A stretch of DNA of 63,734 nt, filler included, from Octopus bimaculoides (Eukaryota): NCBI RefSeq assembly GCF_001194135.2. It is 5 parts of 5 records of this genome, joined end to end, with 100 filler letters (N's around TTAATTAATTAA, not from the genome) between each part and the next. Parts side by side here need not be neighbours in the genome. Positions count along the whole stretch, not along the records: positions 1 to 31,026 come from NC_069002.1; 4 more parts are not named here. The stretch is one strand, 5' to 3'. Numbering within the stretch: position 1 is the stretch's first letter; every line of letters starts with the position of its first letter. A program made the position numbers and the translations under genes. Below the pieces are notes generated by a model that was not told where the DNA came from, made no database searches, and worked only from the letters and a program-made list of their open reading frames with translations. This document shows positions 1-13,441 of the stretch, piece after piece.

Positions 1-639
1 ATATATATATATATATGCATGTATGTATGTATGTATGTATGTATATATGGCATATATTCTTTATGTGAACAACAAAGAGAATAAATATGAAGTGCCAAAA
101 ATGGCTTCCATCATTTTACCTGAACAACAAACCGTTCTTTATAGAAATATTTCTATGGACTTCACCGACATGGAGAGTGAGAGAGGAGGAGGAGGGAAAG
201 AGAGAGAGAAAGAAAAGAGACAGCGAGAGAGAAGAGAGAGAACGAGGGTAAGTGAGAGATGAGAGAGAAGGGTTTTTAAATGTGCTTTCCATTATTTGGC
301 TGCCTGGAAATAATCCATTAAACGAATAAAATCTCATTAGCCGAAAAATTTCTCTTTACATAGTAGACAACATTTGTCGATAAAGATATGAAAAAAATAT
401 TATCCACTTCGTTCAAACGGAGCTAAAGTTTGTTTGGTCAAAGATATCTCGAGGATTTTTTAAGTTTTACTGAAGGGATCGTAATTGTAGGGTTGTACTG
501 TACACGGGGGCTTTTATTGAACATTTTGAAAGTCTATGATGCAGCGGCTTAACACAAGAACGTCGTTTACTTTTAATTAATTTAATTTTCCTTTCACCGT
601 ATAATCAAATTTATACATGTCTTCTTATTATATAACGAC

Positions 640-990
640 CAGTCCCAGAAGGCGTTATAGTGACCAGAGTAAACCCCTCCCCCCCCCATCCAAAACAAAT
701 AGAGGAATCTAAAATAAACATTGATCACCTGAAAGATATTCAAATTTTAGAGACTGTAAAATTAATGCCATATCAGTAAAAAATATATATATATCCAAAA
801 AGAGTAGAATAATAGACAGCACGATCTACAACAATAACATCTCAAAAACACACTTTGTCAAACCAGGATTCGGTGAATACAACAAAATCGTATTGTTTGC
901 ACGTGCACTTTGGAGCAATACACTTGAAATGAAATATTTTGTCGAAAGGCAACTCTGCGAATATCAGACAGAGCTCAGCCTTGCCGGATG
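640..990 (-). mobile_element. Decayed LINE apurinic-endonuclease (APE) domain fragment (CR1/Jockey-like)
   Basis: The minus strand at 860-892 reads YDFVVFTESWF, matching the APE motif 'YD(I/V)I.(L/I)TE(T/S)W'. A GG-rich 'GWGGRGLL' segment follows at about 670-690, where the 'RGGGVL' motif is expected. Stops and frameshifts intervene. Confidence 0.5.
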
Positions 991-1261
991 ACCACAGAGG
1001 CACACGAGAGTAGAGGGGCGACTTACTGGCATTTTACCAATGTCATGGAGTAGCTCTTGCTTAGTGTTTAAACGAAATCTCTTTAACTGGGACAAGTAAT
1101 TGTATGATTCCATATCCTTCATCTTCGAAACAGAATACGAAGCTTACCGCCTAAGTACGAGCCACATCTGCCATAAACCAGTCCCACAATCTATAGTTTA
1201 AAAAAATACGAACTTCAAGGACATAATTCACGACGTTGAATTATAGCTTGTGGTATCTTTG

Positions 1262-1408
1262 GTGTCACGCTGAATCTCCCTGAGAACTACGTTAAGGGTA
1301 CATGTGTCTGTGGAGTGCTCAACCACTTGCACGTTAATTTCACGAGCAGGCTGTTCCGTTGATCGGATCAACTGGAACCCTCGTCGTCGTAACCGACGGA
1401 GTGCCAAC
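1262..1408 (+). mobile_element. tRNA-derived SINE family A, 3' part
   Basis: GTGTCACGCTGAATCTCCCTGAGAACTACG...GCACGTTAATTTCACGAGC...AACCGACGGAGTGCCAAC recurs as the reverse complement at 10977-11140 and 27495-27660. Confidence 0.85.
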
Positions 1409-1619
1409 CGGCCACTTAACAATAGACTAGAACAGACTTTGAGATGTCCGCATCTGCATCGGAAAACATTTAAATACTTCCATGCTGGTGTTGGATAGGA
1501 TAGCATCTGCTAAACAAAGGGTGGTGCCTGAATTTAAGGGGTAAACGTCGGGACAATATCTGGTTTAAGCGTTCGAATGTTCGTGATGAACAAGTGAACA
1601 GTGTGCCGAACGGCAGACA

Positions 1620-1736
1620 TCGAAGTGATTGTAGAGCAACATGAAATGAGATATTTTGCTCATGGGCACAACTCCCCACCCGGTCCGGAAATCGAAGACA
1701 CGATCTTGTGATCATGAGTAAAGAGGCTACAACACC
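1620..1736 (-). mobile_element. tRNA-derived SINE head and core (related to family A)
   Basis: The minus strand has a B-box-like TTCGATTTCC, then GTTGTGCCCATGAGCAAAATATCTCATTTCATGTTGCTC. This resembles the core at 15430-15475. Confidence 0.6.
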
Positions 1737-2194
1737 TTATATTTATTTGTTCATGTATTTATTTATATTAAACACATGCACGCAAGCACACACACATATA
1801 CATGAATGCATGTGAACATGTAGTGTATATGTGTGTACATGTGTTCCAGGTGTATGTGTATTTGTGCTTATAGAGTGCTTATCAAATCACGCTTAACCCC
1901 AAAGTGCCGCGAGTAATTTCATTTTTCTGAATCCATTTCCATTTAGGTAAATAACATCGACTTATTTTACTTTATTTCTGCTTTTAGAAATAAACCAAGA
2001 AGCAATACATCTAAATATCTTCTCATAAACGTCTCCTAGGTATTTACCATTCTCTCTTTACGTGGGAATAATTTTTAAAACACATAAGAGAAATATTCCT
2101 CTTGGGTGAATGCAAATAAGAAAAGTCAATAAGTATTCACCTTCGCATCCACGCACACAGGCACACAGACGCACACACATACAGAGAGAAAGGG

Positions 2195-2250
<56 letters not shown>

Positions 2251-2270
2251 AAGTGAGAGAGAAAGTGTGA
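2195..2270. repeat. (AG)n microsatellite
   Basis: Direct reading of the sequence. Confidence 0.95.
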
Positions 2271-3444
2271 GATAGAAAGAGAGTGAATGTGCTATGCAAC
2301 ACCCTTCTCAAAGTTCTGACAGGATCAGCCAAAATGACAATGGTCTATGTTACCTAAACAAAGGAAATCCTTGCATATTTTCAGATGAAAACATCAAAGA
2401 ATTTTCCACCCGAAAATACTGAACATAATTCCTATTATAAGCGAATTTCTATTGTAATCTCTTGAAAACTCCGAGAATGGCACAGAACCGACGAGGCGTA
2501 AAGTGAATGAGAGTTTGGTTAGGAATCAATGTTATGAAGCAAACCAATAAAATCCATAAACGATAGACTTTTTATCGATATTCGTAGAACCAAAAGTCGA
2601 AACGAAATAAAATGAAAATATAAAGGAGCGAAAGAGAAAAACAATGAAATCGCATTNNNNNNNNNNNNNNNNNNNNNNNNNNNNNNNNNNNNNNNNNNNN
2701 NNNNNNNNNNNNNNNNNNNNNNNNNNNNNNNNNNNNNNNNNNNNNNNNNNNNNNNNNNNNNNNNNNNNNNNNNNNNNNNNNNNNNNNNNNNNNNNNNNNN
2801 NNNNNNNNNNNNNNNNNNNNNNNNNNNNNNNNNNNNNNNNNNNNNNNNNNNNNNNNNNNNNNNNNNNNNNNNNNNNNNNNNNNNNNNNNNNNNNNNNNNN
2901 NNNNNNNNNNNNNNNNNNNNNNNNNNNNNNNNNNNNNNNNNNNNNNNNNNNNNNNNNNNNNNNNNNNNNNNNNNNNNNNNNNNNNNNNNNNNNNNNNNNN
3001 NNNNNNNNNNNNNNNNNNNNNNNNNNNNNNNNNNNNNNNNNNNNNNNNNNNNNNNNNNNNNNNNNNNNNNNNNNNNNNNNNNNNNNNNNNNNNNNNNNNN
3101 NNNNNNNNNNNNNNNNNNNNNNNNNNNNNNNNNNNNNNNNNNNNNNNNNNNNNNNNNNNNNNNNNNNNNNNNNNNNNNNNNNNNNNNNNNNNNNNNNNNN
3201 NNNNNNNNNNNNNNNNNNNNNNNNNNNNNNNNNNNNNNNNNNNNNNNNNNNNNNNNNNNNNNNNNNNNNNNNNNNNNNNNNNNNNNNNNNNNNNNNNNNN
3301 NNNATATATATATATATATATATACATATACGTATATCTATGTTTGCTTTTATGTGTGTTCTATGCATATGCATACACATACATACTCCATATATATATA
3401 TTTATTTATTTATTTATTTATCCATATAGCTATAAATTTTCTTC

Positions 3445-3825
3445 TCCCACTATTTCCGACAGAATGGTGTGAGTAAAGTCCTCAGGCACCCCTTTAACTG
3501 GGTTCTATCGGAAGCAACAAATATTAGTTTTTCCGGCAATATTCTCAAGTGTGACCAACTGAGATTATGAATATTTTCTAAAAATCTCGCACTTGGTCTA
3601 CCTCCAGATCTTCTGCCTTATCGCTTTGGTTTGAAGAATTTGTCTTGCCATTTTTTCCTCCGATAATCTAATGAGATGTTCGTCGCACCCGACCTGTTAC
3701 CTTTCAATGAACAGAGGTAGAGGAGCGTTGTGAAGAGATATTCTGATGTCTAAGCTACGCATCCCGTTGAGTAACGTTGCTCTAGAGATCCTATGGAGAG
3801 ATTCTATTTCTTCCTTCAGTATCTA
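3445..3825 (-). mobile_element. RTE-like LINE 3' fragment (decayed)
   Basis: With frameshifts, the minus strand gives '...EHLIRLSEEKMARQIL...RRSGGRPSARFLENIHNLSWSHL.I...VASDR...', typical of RTE ORF C-termini (GH..RM...R....IL...GRP..RW). Confidence 0.6.
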
Positions 3826-3893
3826 TGCATACAAACACACACACATACACACACACACACACACGCACACACACACACGCACACACACACATG

Positions 3894-3990
3894 CAAGGGG
3901 GCGATGAAAAGTTCCTGGCTTTGGATAAACGAAAATATAGGAAGATCAGTTAATTATGATTTTATTTAACATATTCCGTAAGAGCAAACT
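3894..3990 (+). mobile_element. Mariner-like terminal sequence or MITE remnant
   Basis: CAAGGGGGCGATGAAAAGTTCCTGGCTTT... resembles mariner-type TIR starts (TACAAGGGG...AAAAGTTCC). No matching right end is seen. Confidence 0.4.
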
Positions 3991-4118
3991 TTTCTCCCCA
4001 GTATCTGCAGTGAATTTGCCTTATAGGAGTTGAAAAATGCAATGCCATAAACATATTTTAACTAACCTAAATAAAGTTTGCTTATACCTAAACGCTGTTT
4101 GGCGCTGATATTATGGCA

Positions 4119-4121
<3 letters not shown>

Positions 4122-4177
<56 letters not shown>
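4122..4177. repeat. (AAT)n microsatellite
   Basis: Direct reading; source of the poly-Leu ORF 4062-4271. Confidence 0.95.
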
Positions 4178-4184
<7 letters not shown>

Positions 4185-4817
4185 CAATACAGTAAACATA
4201 AGAGCACCACAGCAAACCACAGCACATACCCAAGGCGCACAGAGCTGCGCTCGGTAGTGAAGTGAAAGCACGTTATAAAAATAAAACTACTGAATAATAA
4301 TAATAATAATATATATNNNNNNNNNNNNNNNNNNNNNNNNNNNNNNNNNNNNNNNNNNNNNNNNNNNNNNNNNNNNNNNNNNNNNNNNNNNNNNNNNNNN
4401 NNNNNNNNNNNNNNNNNNNNNNNNNNNNNNNNNNNNNNNNNNNNNNNNNNNNNNNNNNNNNNNNNNNNNNNNNNNNNNNNNNNNNNNNNNNNNNNNNNNN
4501 NNNNNNNNNNNNNNNNNNNNNNNNNNNNNNNNNNNNNNNNNNNNNNNNNNNNNNNNNNNNNNNNNNNNNNNNNNNNNNNNNNNNNNNNNNNNNNNNNNNN
4601 NNNNNNNNNNNNNNNNNNNNNNNNNNNNNNNNNNNNNNNNNNNNNNNNNNNNNNNNNNNNNNNNNNNNNNNNNNNNNNNNNNNNNNNNNNNNNNNNNNNN
4701 NNNNNNNNNNNNNNNNNNNNNNNNNNNNNNNNNNNNNNNNNNNNNNNNNNNNNNNNNNNNNNNNNNNNNNNNNNNNNNNNNNNNNNNNNNNNNNNNNNNN
4801 NNNNNNNNNNNNNNNNN

Positions 4818-4861
<44 letters not shown>

Positions 4862-5679
4862 CGTATACACGGACATACAGACATATATGAAAGGGTATAA
4901 TCATGATTGCACACTGCATATTAACTCTCGATGCCAAGACCCTCACTTCAGGGTTATCATTTCTCAGCTCGACTGAAAGAATTTCAATCAAGCACCGCGA
5001 AATTATCATGCAAGACCTCTTGGCCCACGAGATACAGGCATTCAAAGCGAGGGAAATCTGATCTTTGTCAGCGGATATACTTCAATCAATTGGGAATATT
5101 TCTTGTATACTTCATCCTGTACAATACCGCGTTACGGATTTACTATTATAACAATCGATAAAGAATTATGAAGGCTGTTTTCTTCAATTTCTGAAAATTG
5201 CTCTTCGATTTCGTTTACATGTAATTATTCAAAAATTTTAGGCTGAATCGAAACTAAACATGAATTAGAAACTTATCAAAATTGATCACGTTAATACTTT
5301 CAAACATTACACTTTGTATCTATCCGATAGTAGGTTTACTGTTATACATTGATGCGTTCTATAAAGCGGCATAAAACACAAATAATATCATCATGAAGAA
5401 GAACAACAAAAAAGGAAAACAAAAGATATGTAAATAATATAAAGCTATAAAACCAGCTGCAGTTGAAATGTCGTTCACCATGCAACAGGCAATTTAAATA
5501 AAGAATCAGATGATAAACGAAATCTGAATATTTTTCAATATTGCGTTCAATATATGGATTCTCATATCAGTAGAGATATAAGGAGTAATATCTTTAACAA
5601 AATACATGCTGTGCAATGTGGCCCTTTTGCTATTATATCTGAAATGTATAGATCTATACATAAATATATTTTGAAGATA

Positions 5680-5715
<36 letters not shown>

Positions 5716-6177
5716 TATATATATGANNNNNNNNNNNNNNNNNNNNNNNNNNATATATATATATATATATACACGTATACATACATATATACATACGCAT
5801 ACGTACATACATATATATTCTTTTTATTCTCTTCTTCTTTTACATGTTTCAGCCCTAGGGTCGTGGTCATGCTGGATCACTAAATTCTAAATCAGAGTTG
5901 ATTTCTTTATGTTCCGACCGTAGAAAATTTATCTTAAAAGCCTAAAAACTACCAACTGCTTGATAGTGTTCAGCATTATTTTATGCTTCTCTCATATACA
6001 ATTACGTCTCTTTTGATTATATCTATCTAATCTAACATTTGCCTCTGTAACGTACAAATGTCCCTTATAACTGCATTCTTAGATACACAGTAAATACAGC
6101 CTTATGCAATTCGCATATATATACATTCAGCGTTTCTTAACAAAATGGAATATGTATCACCAATGTACTTTTATATA

Positions 6178-6240
<63 letters not shown>

Positions 6241-7019
6241 TTTACCGATAAAGGTTTTCTCATACTGAACTACTTGGCAAAATTGTTNNNNNNNNNNNNN
6301 NNNNNNNNNNNNNNNNNNNNNNNNNNNNNNNNNNNNNNNNNNNNNNNNNNNNNNNNNNNNNNNNNNNNNNNNNNNNNNNNNNNNNNNNNNNNNNNNNNNN
6401 NNNNNNNNNNNNNNNNNNNNNNNNNNNNNNNNNNNNNNNNNNNNNNNNNNNNNNNNNNNNNNNNNNNNNNNNNNNNNNNNNNNNNNNNNNNNNNNNNNNN
6501 NNNNNNNNNNNNNNNNNNNNNNNNNNNNNNNNNNNNNNNNNNNNNNNNNNNNNNNNNNNNNNNNNNNNNNNNNNNNNNNNNNNNNNNNNNNNNNNNNNNN
6601 NNNNNNNNNNNNNNNNNNNNNNNNNNNNNNNNNNNNNNNNNNNNNNNNNNNNNNNNNNNNNNNNNNNNNNNNNNNNNNNNNNNNNNNNNNNNNNNNNNNN
6701 NNNNNNNNNNNNNNNNNNNNNNNNNNNNNNNNNNNNNNNNNNNNNNNNNNNNNNNNNNNNNNNNNNNNNNNNNNNNNNNNNNNNNNNNNNNNNNNNNNNN
6801 NNNNNNNNNNNNNNNNNNNNNNNNNNNNNNNNNNNNNNNNNNNNNNNNNNNNNNNNNNNNNNNNNNNNNNNNNNNNNNNNNNNNNNNNNNNNNNNNNNNN
6901 NNNNNNNNNNNNNNNNNNNNNNNNNNNNNNNNNNNNNNNNNNNNNNNNNNNNNNNNNNNNNNNNNNNNNNNNNNNNNNNNNNNNNNNNNNNNNNNNNNNN
7001 NNNNNNNNNNNNNNNNNNN

Positions 7020-7054
<35 letters not shown>

Positions 7055-7121
7055 TTCCTTTTTGCACAAGCCCCAATTTATCTAACTACTTCGTATCGCG
7101 TATATACACACACACACATAC

Positions 7122-7162
<41 letters not shown>

Positions 7163-7163
7163 T

Positions 7164-7196
<33 letters not shown>

Positions 7197-7871
7197 CAAA
7201 TATACAGGCATATATGCATCTGACGCTCATTACTTTCTGACATGACAAATTGCGTTAATCAATTTTACCTTTCATGTTTCCTGGGCAGATAAAGCTAAAT
7301 GATTAACAGCCCCAGCATCTTACTCTCCTTATTACACAATATCACACCTCCCGCACAAAATACATTACTACTATATTATCGGAAACACAAGGCATGACAG
7401 ATTCATGATCAACGTCTTTGGCTTACAAAAGTCGTTTTATTTTTTTTAGCGCATCCATCACGATTTGTGGCTTATCAATAATGTAGAAGTGAATTTTAAA
7501 ATTGTGGACTTGTCAAGACATCAGGGTGCCAGCGTGTATTGGGAATTCACTCTTAGAATATTTAGTTCAATAGAATCTAGACTATGCACACACACATGCG
7601 TGAAAACAGCCCCCAAATACATGCGCTCTCTCTTTATATACACACGCACACACATCAACACTTACATATACGTATACATATAAGTATGTAATATATATCT
7701 ATAGGAACGTACACATATATTCATGCATGTTTATATACATATATACATACATACATACATAAACACACACACAAGCATGTATGAGACATATACAATTTAT
7801 ATGCATATATTTACATAGATATATGCACACACAGATACACAGACACACACACAGGCACACATACAAAAACA

Positions 7872-7902
<31 letters not shown>

Positions 7903-10099
7903 GTATGTGTGTGTATGTAGATATTTATTACATACGTATGTATTATGTGCATACGTGTATTCATGTTTGTGGCTATCTGTATGTGATTGGATATATGTAT
8001 ATCGGTGTATATATGAGTATCACCTACTATAATTCTTTGAAAGCATTAGGAAGTGACTGGCTCATGACACACAACGAAATCAACTTCGCAAAGTGTAATT
8101 TCAAAATTTATTAGGTATGTATGTGTGGATGGCTGAATGGATGTATGTATGCATGGATGGATGGATGGATGGATGGATGGATATGCGTATGACAAGCCAG
8201 TCGTTGTGCAACTGGTAACGTGTAACCCAGTATAACAGGTCGCATGATTGGAGCGCCGGTGGCAAACAGACAACCCTTATTAAGTATATATGGTAAGCGG
8301 GGCAGTTTTCGTTGGAGAAACTCCAGAACCGAAAACAAGATCTGTCAAAGGACGAACGAACTCCGTAGAGTCAATGACCACCCAAAAGTTGGTGTGAGAA
8401 ATCCATTAGCTTTTATTTAGACATCTCTCTGTAGGAGATTCTGAAATTCTGAAATGACACCCGCCTCATTCTGAATCCAAAGATTCTGCTCTTGCTTGTT
8501 TCTGGCTACTTGGCTTCCGAGGTATTCTGTAAGGTGTTATTGCTTTTAAATTTTGGCAAAAGACATTATTAACAGGAATTTAGGTTAAGATAATTTGTCA
8601 AGAATGTTCATATATCTGTGTATATGTATATATATATATTTGTATGTATGCACACAAACGCATACACAACACAGACACACACAGACACATACAGAGATAC
8701 ACACATACACGCACATGTATCTCTTTCTCTTCTATCTCTCTTTCTCTGTATATATATATATGTATGTATGTCTATATATATATGTATATATGTACATGTA
8801 TCAAATGGCGTGTTTGTATGTATGCGTGCACATGTGTATACGTGTATTTTTAATTATACAAATTACTTGAGGTTCTAAATGTTCTCTATTCAATTTGCAT
8901 ATATCTAAGACCCATAGTTAATGGATTCAAAGGTAGCAAGTCTCATAGACTGATGGTACCTATTGAAACCGAAACACGTGTCCACATTCTCCTTTTTGTT
9001 TCTAAATTGAAAATAAAGTCAGAACGCCTTTTTGTCTTGATATTACGCCAATTCTAAGAAGTTTTAGTCTTGTGATTATCCTCCTATCTCGGTTGTAATC
9101 ATTGCCACCAGGCCTTTGTTTAACTTCTCTCAAAGCGTAGAAAATTTCAATAAATCAAGAATTTATTTTGTATTTTATATATCTTTATTAATCTTTGTAG
9201 TTTCGCATTGTCGTATTGGAACATGGTACGGCAAGTAACAATGGCAGTAAAAACGGTGATGGTGGCATTGCTGGTGGTTTTGGTAACAGTAGCAGCAGCG
9301 GTATTAGTGGTATTGTTAACTGTTGGTGTTTCTTGTGATAATGATGTTTGGTCTCAGTCTCATAATAAGTGTTTCAACTTCTCCACTGATCGATACACAC
9401 ACTTGAACACAAGGAAAATGGTCTTTACTGATAACTGCCAAACCATTAGCAATTACAAAAGAGAATATTTTAAGTTGTATCTCACAGCTTTATTGATCTT
9501 TGGTGACTGTCGCTGTGGTGATTGAAACGATGGGTGTGGTGTGTGGTAGCAGCGATCAACCGTGCTTAAAACTTGAACATTCACTGATATTCCCAGAAGT
9601 ATAAGTTTGTGTGAAAGACCAATATACGTTGTCTTTCTCGTTCAATTTCATCAAAGCAAATTGTTTAAAATAAAGATCATTAAAGTATTTAGCTGCGCGT
9701 TTCAATCCTTCTTTATTGCATTGAATGTTTCGAAATCATTCTGACAATTGTTCTGTTGCAATATTCATGTAGCTGATAGTACCTCCACCGCCAGCTTCGC
9801 TTTCGCTTACACCCTCACCGCCGCCCATACCACACATCGGACCAACAGTAACAATGGCTATGAACATCTTAATTTGCAGGAATGAAAGACACTAAGAAGA
9901 TGATATTATATTGAATTTTATAGTTGTAAAGTAGAAACTTCAAAGATTTATAAACTTTTGTGTAAATATTCCTGTGTGTTTGGGTACATTGTTTCGCAAC
10001 TGTGAGGTTATTTGTTCGATCACAATGTGCATCATCTTGGGAAAGAATTTGCCGACAAAATTTTCGTTCCGCCCAAGAACTTGTGAGTGAAATCGGGAG

Positions 10100-10330
10100 A
10101 GAGTAAAAGTATGGAAACTCACCGAAGGAGAGTTCGTTTCTTTGGATATCTAACTTGATTCGTCACCTGAGTAAACATCATCGAGTAGCCATGGGTACCT
10201 TTAGTGGAATCCCATCCGTTGCAAATATTGAGACTTTCTTCCTCCATTTGGTATTGGAAGAATCCGGAAAGGTCATGAAAGCTTTCTATTCTGCTCGGCC
10301 ACTTAAATGGAATCGTTAATATTCTTTTTC
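10100..10330 (+). mobile_element. Penelope-like reverse transcriptase remnant
   Basis: The plus strand gives KLTEGEFVSLDI* (PLE motif 'LVS.DV.SLF') and, in another frame, KHHRVAMGTFSGIPSVANI...RPLKWNR* (PLE 'G.AMG...P..ANIF...P..W.RY.DD'). There is an internal deletion. Confidence 0.5.
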
Positions 10331-10918
10331 TTAAAATCTCAGTCCTAACCGCCTTTTATGTCTGGTTGCAGCAGCAAATTATTTATTGATTTAATTATAT
10401 CACAATTGATACATGAGCGCATTGTTGGATATAAGTTTCTACCGAATCAGATGCTCAGATGCTGATTTACCACATTTATGACTGTGAGAGATGTCAAGAG
10501 AGTGTATATAAATAAGTAGTGAACAATTATAACAAGGGATTCTATTCACAAAACACAAGTTGTCACGTTTTCCCATTGATGTGTACACCTTTCATGCATA
10601 AAACACACAGACATACACTCGTGTAAACACACACACTCACACAAGCATACACACACACTCACATATATATATAATATATNNNNNNNNNNNNNNNNNNNNN
10701 NNNNNNNNNNNNNNNNNNNNNNNNNNNNNNNNNNNNNNNNNNNNNNNNNNNNNNNNNNNNNNNNNNNNNNNNNNNNNNNNNNNNNNNNNNNNNNNNNNNN
10801 NNNNNNNNNNNNNNNNNNNNNNNNNNNNTATATATACATATGTGTGTGTGTGTGTGTATCTATGTGTGGGTTTCTATCTACATACCCATCTACCGCTCTT
10901 ATAGCCATCCATCCATCC

Positions 10919-10969
<51 letters not shown>

Positions 10970-10976
10970 GATATAA

Positions 10977-11247
10977 ACTGGTACTCCGTCGGTTGTTCCG
11001 ATCAAGGGAACCGCCAGCTCGTGAAATAAACGTGCAAGTGACTGGGTACTCTAGAGACGCGCGTACTCCTAATGTTGTTCACGAAGTGATTCAGCGTGAC
11101 ACAAAGAGTGACAAGTCTGGCCTCCCTGAAACACAGGTGCAACTCAATTTTGCCAGTTAGACTGGGGTCCAAGTGCACAACGTGCGGCCGGGAATCGAAC
11201 TCACGACCTTACGATCGTTAGCCGAATAATCTTCACCACCAAGCCAC
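10977..11247 (-). mobile_element. tRNA-derived SINE family A, near full length
   Basis: The minus strand shows an A-box-like GTGGCTTGGTGG, a B-box GAGTTCGATTCCC, then the body shared with 1262-1408. It ends next to a (TATC)n tract. Confidence 0.85.
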
Positions 11248-11615
11248 TTACCTTCACTACTATGTATATGTGTGTGTGTGAGTGTGTGTATGTGTGTGTG
11301 CGTGCGTATATATTTATATTTGCGTGTACAAATACAGACACGCTTATATTTATAAATTAATATAGATATTTGTATATGTATATATANNNNNNNNNNNNNN
11401 NNNNNNNNNNNNNNNNNNNNNNNNNNNNNNNNNNNNNNNNNNNNNNNNNNNNNNNNNNNNNNNNNNNNNNNNNNNNNNNNNNNNNNNNNNNNNNNNTATA
11501 TATATATAAAACTAACATTAAATGTAGAAAACGATACTTGATGCAAAGTCAAATATGTGTGTATGAATGTGTGTGTGTAAACGTGTGTATAAATTATATA
11601 CAATATATTCCGTAA

Positions 11616-11646
<31 letters not shown>

Positions 11647-11937
11647 CACACACACACATACATACACGCACATAGTCACGCTGTAAAAATATAACCTGTG
11701 AATAAATTACAGGAATTTAGGTTGTTGAGAATGAAGATCATGCGACTGGTTTTGTTTTTCGAAAGACTTCACAGAGAAAGCAAAGCTCGCATCCGTACTT
11801 CCCGGAGTACAAAGAATATATCTTCTTGTGAAGAACGTAAACAATCTATAATTGGTGTAAAGTCGTTTACAAAGTGATATATTTCATTATGAAAATGTGA
11901 TTGTTTCAGATAGAATTTGTTATGTATTTGTTGCGAA

Positions 11938-12108
11938 GGAGTGGCATTGTGGTTAAGAAACTTGCTTCGCAATCACAAGGTTTCGGGTTCAGTCCCGCTG
12001 CTCGTCTTCCCGGGGAAAATGTCTTTTGCTATAGTCCCGGCCTAACTAATGCCTTGTGAGTGTATTTGGTAGTTTGGTAGATGGAAACTGTACGGAAGCA
12101 CGTCAAGT
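11938..12108 (+). mobile_element. tRNA-derived SINE family B, 5' part (diverged)
   Basis: AGGAGTGGCATTGTGGTTAAGAAACTTGCTTC...GGGTTCAGTCCC...GCCTTGTGAGTG...GGAAACTG aligns by eye to 59560-59710. Confidence 0.75.
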
Positions 12109-13441
12109 ACATACACACACAGAAGATTATTAAGAAAAATATTATAACCAAAAGGATAAGATTTCTGCAACATTTGTTAAAACGTGTTCCACACAAGTCT
12201 TTTATTTGCGTTCATTGTCTAATAGTAATGTATACTTCTTTGAGATCCGTGCTATTTTCAAAGGAAGAAGAAAATAACTGTTAATTAGTAACATACACAA
12301 GAACACAATGAATGCATTTCTAAAGAATCGAAACCGCGTTAAAATCAATTTAGTGAATTAGTGAAATCTTCAAACAGAAAAGAAACATTAGAAGGAAAGA
12401 TTTGTTGCTTTAAACTTTAGAACTGACGATGTGTTAATTTGGTGTTTTGTTTAGTGTTCCCGATTTAACCTTAGTGAAAATTAAGATGTTCACAGCTACT
12501 GTGAGGTGAAATAAATCTTCTACAGAACATTGCAACAGAATGATTGTCGTAATAATTCTAAGAGTTTCATTTACAATAACGAATGATTTAAATGAGTGGC
12601 TAAGTACTTCAATACTTCATTGATCTTTATTTGAAACAATTCGCTTTAAAGTTGAATGAGAAAGACAAAGCATATTGGTCTTTATGACTTAATGGGAAAG
12701 TCTTTATTACAAAGTGATACCGCTGAGAATTGCGAAGAATTTCCAATTGCAAACATGCTTAAGAATTCATACCGCTATCATTAACAGAACCACCACCACT
12801 TTTACCATAACAATTATTTAACCATCTCTTCAATATCAACAAGATTAGTGAAATCACGAGATTATATTTCCAGTCTTATCTTCTGTAATTATTAGTTATC
12901 GTTAAGTATCTCTTCGATTTGCTAAATGCGTATTGATTACTTAAATTACATCGGCACAGTTCTCGAAAGAGAAACTGCAAGGGATAACAATTTAATTTGA
13001 TATTCAACGTTGTTGTCATCGACGTCATTACTCACCGCAACCACCACTGTCACCGCCGCCGCCAACCTCACCGCCGTCACCATAACTACGCCTCCGCCAG
13101 CATCACCAGAGAAACGAATCTCACCTACCTGGTCTAACAAGGGAACCTGTAATGCATAAATCATTATCAAGATAGCAACGTATTCTACCTCATATCATAC
13201 CTTGTTGTCTTGAAAATGGAAGGACATGTCAGATATTGTAGGCCAAAACGCAGCATAACTGAAAACAGGTCGAGGTGATTACATCTGAAAAAACATGGTG
13301 TAATGGGCCTGCTGTATAAGAGTTCCCTTGATATTAGATAACAACAAGAATAACTTAATGAAATACTTCCAGTAACAAAACAGTGCAACGAAGCCTTATA
13401 TTCACAGCACAGATCACAATTCTATGAAATAAGACAGCCGC

